From the NCBI GenBank assembly GCA_051294375.1, contig CM119263.1, positions 11,819,130 to 11,883,129 of the forward strand: a stretch of DNA of 64,000 nucleotides, read 5' to 3'. Positions 41,854 to 53,619 of the stretch are shown one piece after another. The translations under genes and the position numbers were made by a program. Source of the DNA: Paraspadella gotoi (Eukaryota > Animalia > Chaetognatha). The notes under the pieces are model-generated. The model searched no databases, was not told the DNA's origin, and saw only the letters and a program-made list of their open reading frames with translations. The stretch's first letter is position 1. The number at the start of each line of letters is the position of its first letter.

Positions 41854-43155
41854 CTTTCTTTGCGACACTTGATAAAAACAAAACAGAAAGGGTTTCGTGG
41901 ACGTTGAATTTCTCAGCTTCCATCATGACGGTCCATAACGGGCGACGCCCACGCCTTCTCTCCGCTCTTTACTTTTTTTCTTCTCTTTATTCCGCCCTTT
42001 ACTTTCTTCCTCTCTTTATTTCATAAGATTACGACTTTTTCCCTCGCTCTTTATCCGTTTTTATTTTCTCTTTTACTTCTTTTGCTTTACTGTTATTTTT
42101 TTCCCTGCCTTCCATCTCTCTCTCTCTCTCTCTCCCTATCTCCCCTGATTCTTTATCTCTTTCCCTTTTTTTTTCCTCCTGAGCCCATAGCTTTTTTATG
42201 ATCTCGTTCTCAGCGACCATGCGACAATTTCTATGAAGTGGCTTCTCGCATAACCTGTGATATGGGCTTGATGAAAAAGTAACCCAAGTCGTGTCCTAAG
42301 TTTTATCCAATGTGTTTCTTTGGACAGTTAAGTTTTAAGTTCGTTTCAAACCTGATACATCCGTATTGGATGCAGCGTGAGTCTCGTGCACAAATTATAA
42401 ACTCCTCAACTCTAAATGTTTATAATCGATACTGGTAATTGTGCATTACCCATTTTGTTCTCATGAGTCTTTGGTTTGTTCGAGGGTTTTTATTTTTCTT
42501 TATTATAAAGTTAATATTTGTGCCGTCGTTAAGGGGACTGTGTCTTTTTTAATTAGCCTTTTTAAGTACTTTTTCGAATGAAACGTCGTGAAGGTTTTTG
42601 ACGAGACAATTGTAATACTTTTTGGCTGAATTATAGTGTAGAGCGCATCAATCCTGAATTTTCAATATCGCAGATGATTACGGTTTGGAGAGTTTCGGGG
42701 CTCATCGATTAGGAAGTAAGAGCGATAATCCTAAAAACATGGGGAAGTCAGCTGGTGTGTTGAAGGAAACCCAAGGGAATTGTCGAAACAAGAGGCGGAA
42801 CAGTTTGAGAAAACTTGAAAACCATAACAGCCTTTGAATATAAACTAGCTCTCTCTCTCTCTCCTCCTACTCTCTCCTCTCTCCTTCCTCTCCTCTCTCC
42901 TCTCTCTCTCTCTCTCTCCCCTTTCTTTTTCTCTCCTCTTAGGTCGTCCCATTAACGTTAATGATACTTACTCGAAATCCGCCAACCATCTTTCCCAATT
43001 TCCTTCCCAGCTTCGTCTCTCAACCTCGTTTTTTTTTTTCTTCTTCTTCTCTCGGTTCTAGTGGCAATTTTTGGGTTTTCTGTCTTCATCCTCCTCAAGT
43101 CTTTTATGCCGCAATCGTCGTTATTGTTGTCGTTTCTCTCTCTCTCTCTTCTCTT

Positions 43156-43217
<62 letters not shown>

Positions 43218-43541
43218 CTCTCTCAGCCTCCCTATTCTCTTCCATTTCTTTGACCACGAACGTTGCACCCCATCAGGAATATATTTGCTCAACGCTAACA
43301 TCGAAATCAGACCATGAAAAATTAAAGACCCCAAAAGCGAACAAATCATCCGACAAAAAAAAATTAACATTAACATTAAAACTTGTGAAAGCGGAAACAG
43401 AGAAGTTTGAAAGAATGATTTGCAGGACTAAAAACAATCGACCATAATAAGTCGGAAGGATCTCCACCCTGTCCTCCGTCCTGCCCGATCGCCCGGCACT
43501 TCTGTCCGTCACCATCCGCCCTACGGCGCTCTGGTCTCGAG

Positions 43542-43907
43542 ATGGCGGACCGCAACTACTTCAAACTCAATCCCGGGCACGCCCGTCAACTGGCAACGCC
43601 GCAACGCCAGTCGCGCAAAGGAGCGCCGCCGCCTCCGCCGTCTCGGAAAGCCGGCGTCACTCTAGCGCCGATACCGCCGAGGCAGTCGCGTCCGCTACCT
43701 ATTCCCAGACCAAAGCCAGTGCAGCAACAGATGGCGCTGCCGCAAATGCCACAGCAGATGCCATTGCAACAGATGCCGCAACCCATGTTACAACAAATGC
43801 CTCCTCCTCCTCCGCCGCCGCCTCCGCCTGGTTTTCGGTCGCAGATGGGATATTCGTCGTCCGTCACTTCGTCGTTGTCGTCGACCACCTACGACTCTTC
43901 CGTTCAG
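43542..43907 (+). CDS. Candidate Pro/Gln/Met-rich exon (possible alternative first exon or separate gene)
   Basis: GC-rich open frame MADRNYFKLNPGHARQLATPQRQSRKGAPPPPPSRK...PPPPPPPPPGFRSQMGYSSSVTSSLSSTTYDSSVQ followed by CAG|GTGGTT. The frame stays open back to a possible tgcAG acceptor at 43425 (phase 1), which does not match the phase-2 afadin exon ends. Confidence 0.45.
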
Positions 43908-45020
43908 GTGGTTGTCTTTAAGGTGGTCGCCGATTTTATTAGTGTCTGTTTGGTTTTCGTTGTCGTAAAAGTGAAATGGTTGTTTTTTTGACTTATTTCC
44001 ATATAATACAGAACATGTGTTTTGGATGTGTGGCGATGTACCAGTCTGAAAAAAATTTTCACTGAGCTGTTTTGCCTAAAGAGTTTTTCGCTGGATTGTA
44101 ATTTTTATCTGTTCGGGAGTAAATTGGAGATTCATGATGATGATCGATTGTTGGCCAAATCTGTTGTCATTGGGCATAATCATTTTTAGAGAAAGTTATG
44201 GAATCTGTTTACTTCTTTTTAACGGAAAACATGATCCGTGGCAACAGGCTAGAGTTGAGAAAAGACCAAGGAAGTGCTGAGAAATCTGAGAGTATTTGTT
44301 CGAAGGTTAGTTTACATATTGGTTAGAGATGAGAATGAAAGAGATTAGCGTTAGGAGAGCAAAGAGACTGTAGAGAAGATGGGACCAAGCGAGAAAAAAT
44401 GAAGTGATCCGAGACGAAGACATTTTTGTAGAAGCTAAAGGGGCGGTTCTAGGGGGGGTGGAATCAAAGGGTCAAACTTTCCATGAAAAAAACCGGGGAT
44501 CGCTCGGCACAAAAGTGTCGCTGATCTCCGGACAAAAGAAAAGGTTAACTTTGCTCCGTTGGGAAAGTTAACTGAATTGTCGAAAATGGAAAGGAAAGGG
44601 TAAGGCACGAGGGCTACAGAAAAATGGGGGGGGGGAACAAGGGAAGTGTAAAAAAAGGATTGAAAATCGAATAGCGGAAAGGGTTGATAACTGTGACATA
44701 GATGTGGGGAATATAAGGAATTGGGAAATAAGATAAGTAAGCGAAGGAAGGAAAAAAAAATAGAAAAAATGGAAAGAAAATTTATGGGAAAGTGGAAAAT
44801 GTGAAGGCGAAAGACTGGGGAGAGAAAGAAAAAATAAAAGACAAAGAGAAGGAAACGAATTGCAGGGAACTCTGACTCGTGAGAGGGTTACCCCTTTTTC
44901 CTCGGAATCTGGGTTAAATATTCTCACAGGGTGGAATTTTAATTTTTCCCAAGACGAGAAATTTTTAACTCGGAAAAGAGAAAAGTTGGACGTTTTTTTC
45001 TTAATAGCAATGTTAAAAGG

Positions 45021-45057
<37 letters not shown>

Positions 45058-47113
45058 CGCTGAGGTTTTCTTTCTTCGAAGTGAGATATTTTTCGACTGG
45101 ATTTTTTTTTTATTTTTTGCCACTTCCAGTTTTAAAATTCACTGAATGGAGAATTTCGTTTTTTTCTTCTCGTTTCTCTGGGTAATGTATCTTTCTCTCT
45201 TAATTTGTCTCTGTCTCTGTCTTTCCCTCTTTCTAATTGAAATCCCCTCGTTTCGAAAAATTATGTTGGAAATAAAAAAAACAACGGTGACGACGACGAC
45301 GACGACGACGACGACGTAGAATCGAACCGGAGGCTGATCGATGCTACGCCAACGACAAGAGGGCGACGATTCGTATTCCGTCCACAATCGTTGCAAATCA
45401 TCGTCTCCCCCACTTCGCGTAATCGTCGTTGTCGGCGTCGTCCTCCGCTCCATTTCGCACGATCATGCGTTGGTTCCCAGTTTCTTTTTCCCCGCGAAAC
45501 AACAATAAAATGCAGGCGGAATATGACCGCTCAATTTCCCTCCCATGGGCAATGATCGTCGTTGTTCTCTTCGTCGTCGTCGCCGTCGTCGTCCACTCAG
45601 CACCCGCGATTTGAGGCCGGCGTCCATTTCATCGCAACCGCTGGGAGAGATTGAATTTCATTCGTTTCAATTGGATGTGATTTTATTTGCAGAGGTCGCT
45701 TTCCGGATTTCATTCTAAGGCAGCCGAATTGCGGGATTGGATTAAATTATATTGGGTGAAATTCTTATCGCTGTTGGTTTATTTGTAGAGGATCGGGCGT
45801 AAATGAATCGGACTTGGATATTCTGTCGAATGCATCTGGTCAGATCGAAATAAAAACGGGTGAATGAAGTGGAATGAAATGTCGCTTTTGCGTTGCATTG
45901 TTTGAGAGACTTTTTAGCCTTTCTTAAATTTTTTGTTTTTTTCTCCCCCTCGCCATTTTCATCCTTTCCTCCTGATCTCTAAACCGTCAAACATCGTCCC
46001 TTTCTTCTCCAACACCTCGTCCACGTTATCGCTGAAAACCCCTCTCTCGGACTCTCGACCTCTTTCGACCCCCCCGCGTTCGTGCGCCCATCGTTCCACC
46101 ACATGTCAGGGCGACGGCCACGACGAATTGGATCCTCGTCGCCACAACAATCTCGTCAACAACCACAACAACAACGGTCACGTCAACGGCCCCAACCACA
46201 ACAACAACCACAAGCGCGCGTTCGTGCCAGGAAGTTTTCCGGAAACGTTTTCTTCGCTTTCGTTCTCTCAGCTTGCGTTTCTGCCTCATCTTCAAATGTA
46301 AATTTCATGAGAATTAAGAGGCGTAAAAATAATTATTTAATTCCTGCATTATTATTTTAAACAAACCTCCTTATTAAGGAGTTCTTAATCAAGTTAATGC
46401 TAAATCCACAATCCTTACTTCCATGATTATCTTCTTTTTTTAAATTTTTTTATTTAATTTTTTATCTACAACTGGAAATTGGCCCAATTGTCCCAGTCAA
46501 TCCGCTCGTTCCTCTACGCTCGAAGACCGATCGACCTTTTGATGTACTCGTTTTTATAATTTACGTATAAAGGCGGCTTAAAATGCGTTGCGAAAATGGG
46601 ATCCGAGTATTGCCGAAACAAAATTGGAAGCGGGGAAAAAAATAGCTTCTTTGTGCTGGAAAATGTAGTTCGATTCCTTGTAAATAAAAAAATCCATAAA
46701 GATGCAACGTGTGAGTTGCATCTATTACCCTGGCACGAGTGAAAAAAAAAACTAAGCAGAACGGATTTCTCTGCCCTGACAGGATACTATTAGCGTTCAA
46801 GGCAACTGGGACAATTTCCACTTGTAGATCTTGTCTTTTATTGTGAAAAATTATGTTTATTTCGTTTTAAAATTTGCCTGGTCGGAGTTCTGCCGGCGGA
46901 TTATTTTTTCTTTGTCCTTTTTTGCGTTTTTTTCTTTCTCGTTATGTCCCTATTTTTTTTTCTCTTTTCTCCATTCCTGTTCTCTTTATTTTTTGTTCTT
47001 TTTTTCCTTTTATCGGCCGCTGTTTTCTTGTGTTTTTCTTATCTTAATGGTTTTTCTTTTTCCTCCTTTTATTCGATTTATTCGCTCCTTCCCCTCCATA
47101 GCCGCGGAAAATC

Positions 47114-47183
<70 letters not shown>

Positions 47184-47578
47184 CTCATCTCTCTCTCTCC
47201 TCCCTCTCCATCCGGTCTCGCCACTCGCTTTCGCCTTCTTTCGATCCGACTTGTTACCCTCTCTCGTCTTATCGACTCTGTCTCGCCAAATTTTTTTTCC
47301 ATCGCCGCTCTCTTTCTTTTCTTTTATATCTCCGTTTTCCTGTTGTCTTAACCACCCCTTTACGTCATCTCCTTACGTCATTCCATTTCTGCATCACGCC
47401 ATAACTCTCCACGACATGGTGCTGCGTTTATTCGCCGCATGACGCGTTGATGCTCCCCTCTGCTACTGCTTCCTTCTTCACCATTCTCTTTTTTACTTCC
47501 TTCCTCCATCCCTCCACACAATCACCGATTTATCCAACCGATCCCGTTTTACCGCGCGTCCTCTACCGCTGACGAAAG

Positions 47579-47857
47579 GTACATGGATGCGAGCGCCACG
47601 ATCACCTCGTTGGATCTGGCGTCGTCGAGCCAGGTAGCGTTTGAAGGCGTCGGCGCTTCCGCCAGAGGGATGATCGAGGACGCGGACGGACACGCCTACT
47701 ATGCGGGAGGCGCCGAGAGGAGCGTCGGCCGCGCCATGCCTCCGTCGGCGTCAGTACCGTCTTTTGCTTACTTGGCACCGGGTAACAAAGACGAGGCGCC
47801 GGGGGGCGATCCGCGAGTCGAAGCGCAGTGGAGAGACATTCTGGAATCACTCCAGAG
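47579..47857 (+). CDS. Probable afadin (cassette?) exon
   Basis: Pyrimidine-rich tract plus branch-like gctgac and aAG acceptor, AG|GTGAGT donor, 279 nt, phase 2-2, in frame with the exon ending 34925. YMDASATITSLDLASSSQ...QWRDILESLQR, GC-rich codon usage, no recognisable domain. Confidence 0.6.
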
Positions 47858-49477
47858 GTGAGTCAGGAATGAGAAATGCTGAGTAACAGTGATTGGGTGT
47901 AGGATATTTAACATTATTATCTCCCGATCAATTAGAGTGGAACAATGTAGTGGTAAGGGTACTGAGGGTAAGTTTTTTTTCTGAGATGAATCAATACAGT
48001 TTAGGAGAAATAAAAAAATCTCGATTCATAAAAAAAAAAAAAACTTTGTCCTGACTTTATCTTAAATTGTAAGTCTCCCAAAAGATAGTTTCATACTAAA
48101 TTTCTTTCAGCCTAATGTACTTATTTGAAGTGCAGGATTTTTTAGGAAAAATCCTTTAGGATGTATCAAGAACTCTCATTTTAATGTTTAAATTGAGACA
48201 AATCAAAATCGCTTACAAAGCTTGGTTGATTTTATATGTGAGTATAATGAAATACCAGCATTTTTTTTTTATTTTTGAAGAGTTTTTGGCTTTAATTTCA
48301 GACGCTCTTTGTATAAACCAGAGAAGATCGCTCCGCCAGGATGTTTTAGTTTTTAACATAACCAGTTTGTATCAAGTTTTTTTTAGATTTGAATTGGGAA
48401 GGGGCACCCATTTGTGAATAGATGTCGGGAAGTAAAATCTCTTACGGAGGGCCCGGATCTAAAGATGATTACAAAACATTTTTTTCTAACTTATTTCTTA
48501 GTGAAGTAGTAGGCGACTTACAATGTTAGCTGCATTATGCAGAGCCTTTATTTAAACCTTGCGGGAGAGGGGGGCAGACTTGGGGTCTTTTTATCTTAAT
48601 ATCTTAATATAAATATTTAACCCTCATCTTTAACCCGACTTCCTAAATCCCTAACCCTAACCTGATATCTAACCTTAACTCTAATTCCTAATCCCAAACC
48701 TGTAACCCAAACCTCTTAACTTTAACTGGATTGTGACCTTTTGATGATCTTGAGTTGTCATTTGGAGAAAAAAAATTATTCTTTTGAGAAGTTTTTTGCG
48801 ATCACGGAAAACGTTTTTTTCTAATCGTAACTTAAAAAAAATGATAAAAATATCCCAAAAATAACTTGTAAACATGTGATAGAAAACTTTGTCTCTAAAA
48901 ATAACCTCGATTCAATAGAGTGAAGTTCGTAAATTTGGATCATTTGCTGGAATTTCCCCCGTTTTTATACCGACATTGCGAATGATGAGAAACTTAACCT
49001 TCACAACACGACTCTCTCTCACGTTCCGCTTCGTGTGTAAAGAAACTCCCGTTCATTTTGTGATTCGCGGCATCAGTGAGAGCTGAGCACCGTATTCCGA
49101 TAAGCCTAAAAGGTATTCCTTTCAAATACTCTCTTCAGAAGATACCAAATTACTTGCAATAAATAGTAATAAAGTGTAGTGCTACTTACGCCTTTTAAAC
49201 TTTTGCTGATAAATAAGCTACTTTCTGATTATGATTGCTTTCTTCCAAATATATTATATATTGTGTCCTTGGAAAAAATATGATTTTCTACTTGTAACTA
49301 AAAAAACTAAAAAAAACTACCTACGGAGTCCGGTATATGACTTAGGCCTGAAATGAAAACTTTCATTTCCTTTTAAACTAAACTGATCAAAATGGAAATG
49401 TTAAATGGTCGTTCCGCACCACAGACCACACTATTGCGAAGGGTTTTCCCTTCCGAGGCATGAATCTTCTTCTATGT

Positions 49478-49537
<60 letters not shown>

Positions 49538-50224
49538 GGAGCCTCCGACTGATTGGATCAAAAGGAGGGTTTTTTGCAATTCCGATTTCTCGGTTTTAAA
49601 GTCTAGTTTAAAAGGAAAAGGAGGAAAGGTGGGGCTTCTAATGGGACGGAGGTGAGGGGTCCCAACGGCCGGTGGAGAATCGAACGGGTTGAGGGGATAT
49701 TGATCTTTGGCTTGTCAATCTTTAGAATTAAAACGGATGTACTTTGAATTGCTTACTCTGAACAGTGAACAATGATTTTGATATTGCTGCACTAGTAATA
49801 CATCTATCAGAATATAATCTTTTTTTTATTATACAATAAGTCCCAATGTTACTGACCGTTTAAAAACGAATACAGAGAAAAAATGAAAGATTAAAATTAT
49901 TTTAATTTCATTCTTATGATTCACAAGTTCATGCTGTTTTATATGATATATAACTTTTTTATATGCGACAAACAAATATTAACGAAAAGTTACTCTACAT
50001 AAAAATGGAAAGTAGGGGCTGACGACTTTTTAAAACATTTTTCTGTTCCGTTTTGATGTACCGACCGCCTATAATTTTTTTTCTTCCTACAACTTGCAAC
50101 TTGAAACACATTTGTGTCATAGTGCAAGTCCAATCATTTTGTTGTTCACAAGAAGGATTTTAAACCATGATTTGGTTCTAATGTAGCCAATCACTTGCTT
50201 TACTTAAACTTTCCTTATGATCGA

Positions 50225-50292
50225 GAGTATGAAGGGATTGAACCCGGAATTCATGGTTGGTGAACGAGTACTGAGCTGTCCAAGCCAATGAG
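50225..50292 (-). repeat. tRNA-derived SINE head remnant
   Basis: Minus strand ctcattggcttggacag...gggttcaatccc gives box A-like and box B-like (GGTTCAATCCC) motifs. A related head, cattggcttggtttagagca, lies at ~24828. Confidence 0.35.
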
Positions 50293-53099
50293 TTTTAAGA
50301 AAGTTTTAAGAAACTATACGGGAGGCGAATTTAGGATTCGCCACAGGTTCCTATTTAATAAGTAGTATTTATCCGTCCCCATTCGTCTTATTTCTGTACT
50401 TATTCTGATACTTACATCGCTCTCTTTCCTTTTTCCCCTTTTCTCTATCCCTCTTTCCTCTCAGTCGTTTTACCCGCGGGATTTTGTTTTGTTTCTCTAC
50501 AAAATATTTTGAACCACAAAAAACTCTTTTCTGTTTGAATGAAACGAAATTTTGTCGATGTTTCCGCTTTTATTTTTTTTCTCCGAACCGAGTTCAAAAT
50601 ATTTAGTGCGAATACTAATTATCGAATTATGGAATCGTAGAATTATGGAACGACCGATGAGAAACAATCTCAAGCAACCGTTTCTCTCTATCCTCATTTT
50701 AAAAAAGAAAAGTTTTGAACTCTACGAAGTAATTATTAGTAATTGTTTTTCTTTTTATCGAGCAATTGGTTACTATTTCCAAATTTTTGGAGGTACATAA
50801 ATTTATAACTTATAAATAAAAAGGCTTCCTGAGGCAAAAAGTTATCAAAATCGCCGCTTGGATGTTTTTTTTCTCTACAAAAAATGCAAAAGCTACTCAT
50901 TGACACCTTGATTTGCTATGTAAAAAAGAAATCCCCTGATGATTGCAAAACATTTAATATAATCATTTTATTTATATTATTATTAAAAGATTTTCTTAAT
51001 TAAAAGCCTTTATTTTTTTTTTAGATTGTCTTCTACTCATATTTCTTTCAAACGTTTCGAGTTCCATCATTTCAGATTTTGTTTTAGAGTTCTATAAAAT
51101 TAAACGCAGCAGATCGTTCTATCCGTGACCGGAATCGATGCCAACAGAAAAAAAAACATTTACATGAAAATCCCGTTTATTCGCTCACGATCACGTTTTA
51201 CTTCCTTCACTTCTTGAATCCCCTTCATTCAACCCTCGACACGTTCATGGGCCGTATATTCTTTCACCTTCATCCAACACTTTCATTCACCTTTCCTAAT
51301 TTGCTAATCACATTCACAATCGCTTTTCTTTCATTTTCTATAATCTTTCCCGCCTTTCCTCTCAGCTCCTTTCCGAGGCCTGCGCGTTTCCGCTTCCTGC
51401 GCGTAAATGCAAATCGTTTTTTTTTTTTCTAAAATAAAAACGCCTTAATTCACCTTAATTCTCTGTGCCATGGAGCTGTACATGGTGACTAATAATGATC
51501 ATACTTAGTACTTCCTCCATTCTGCTCATGCCATTATGTACTCATTGCTCAATTTTCTCATTTAGCTTATCATTAATAGATAGTAGTCATAGTGTCATAG
51601 TCATCGTAGTCATAGTGCTTAGAATAGGCAAAAATGTTGTTAAAAGGACGCTCACGTGGGACGCGGCGAAAAAAAGAAAAAAAGGAAATGATCCGAAGAG
51701 GCTCAGGGATTAGGGAATAATAATAATGTAATAACATAATATGTATAATAATATCTTTGATTGTCCGTTTTCCGACATGTTGTTAAGGTTATGTGACGGT
51801 TCTACTATTCTAATCTATCAAAGAATATTTAGTGCAATCTTTACTTCATGGATCTTCAACAGTTGTGTTTGATCAGCAGAAATAGGATTCTATACTAGAC
51901 GAAAAAAGCCTATTTGCTGTGTGAGTCAGAGGTTATTTGCTGTTTTTGAAACAAAACAAACAAACAAACAAACTTTGTTTTCTCTGAAAATAAATTATAA
52001 TTTTAGAATTTTTTTTAAAAATAATTTATTTAGATTTAGCGTGAAATCAAACATGACCTAAAACGTCCTCCATAACAATACACATATCTTTTAATGCTGT
52101 TAATCACATATCTTTTCTCAACCAAAGACATCTCTTCCCCATATCCGGCCAATCCACTCACCCCCGAACCACTCCCCCAAGTTGCGTCGTTCCTGTTGAC
52201 GACGCCCAGGCTGATTGCTTTCTGTGTCAGCGCAAGGGAAATGAATATTCAAGATTCCAGGTGGAAACGTGGTCGTCGTCGTCGTCGTTGCCGTCTATTC
52301 CTCGACTTGTATTTTCCTGTATGGTGCAAGGAGAAAAATGAAACGTGTTCGAGTTTTGCGCCTGTTGCAGAGTCTGCTGCACTCTGCTGCTGCGTAAGAG
52401 ATGAGGGCTTTCCAGTCTTTGTTCAAAGTGTCTCAAGGACAAGGGTAAAGATAGTTTTAAAAAATGCATGTGAATCATTATAGTTATGTCAACTATATAA
52501 ACTGAACTCGACTGATTTATAAATTTCTACATTTTATATCATATCTTATATTTTAAGATTAAACGTGTTTATCAGCATGATTCTATCGATTTTAAAGATT
52601 TTTTAAATTTTTTTATTATCTTTAATCTCAAGTCAATTTTTCTATTCCCAGCTATTTCTCTACATATGGTTTAACGTACATTAAGCCATATTACTGTAAT
52701 GTCAAAAGCCAATCTTGATATATTTTCAACATTATTCTTCTTTACTTAGGAACGTTTGATGGATTTTGATAAGTGATGTAATAAGCTTGAAGCGGGTTTT
52801 AAACCAATCACTTTGCTTTGCAGTTGAGTCGGATATCAGTTGAATGATACCATGCAATTTTTTTAGTATTTTGCAGCTGAGATAATCAAGGTCACTGATT
52901 AGTTTTTTAAAACTATATACTTTTTTCCCTTTTTCCTGTCGGTCACTATGGCTATAGCTTGATTGCTTAGGATATTCTATTATGTTTTCGTTTGCTCCGG
53001 CTTAATCTATACTTATTGATTGTACTTGATCACTCTTGTTGTATTCGAGAAAAATATAGAAAAACATTATACCACTTCATTGATAGGAAAGCCAGGTAC

Positions 53100-53619
53100 T
53101 CTGGGAGTGAGCAAATAAGATTGTGTGAGAGTCTTGAATGAAAGCTTGCAGGGACCTGCTATGTTATTAAAAGCTTGCAGGGACCTGCTATGTTATTATC
53201 TTGTAAGAGTGATGGATGCCTTAAACCACCAAAGCTTGTCCAAAGTCAGGGGCAAGATAGCTTATTTATTAAATGAATGAATATTTTTTATATTGGTTGT
53301 ACCAATTTCATAATATAAAAATTTTAATACTTTAAAGTAACTTCAAGGGGACGCGTTTCGATTAAAATCCGAAGCCCAGGGAAAAAAAGGTTTTGGCTGT
53401 AGAATGAAGGCATTTGGAGCCGAACGACGGACATTTGGAACAAAACCAACCAATGAAAAATGCCAAAGGTCACCGAGGATGGACAAACGTCATTCTGCCC
53501 TTCCTGGCACCCCACCTAAGATTCAATTCTCTTCCGTAAGAGAACTGAGAATAATAATATAGCATGATCCTGCCAGCTTTTATTCAAGACTGTCTCCGTC
53601 TTGGTTATTAACTCCCAGA
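53100..53619. mobile_element. MITE-like unit of the same family bounded by ~65-bp imperfect inverted repeats
   Basis: Left end tctgggagtga..agtcttgaatgaaagcttgcagggacctgctat versus the reverse complement of the right end atagcatgatcctgccagcttttattcaagact..aactcccaga. Internal ~28-bp duplication aaagcttgcagggacctgctatgttatt. Confidence 0.55.
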
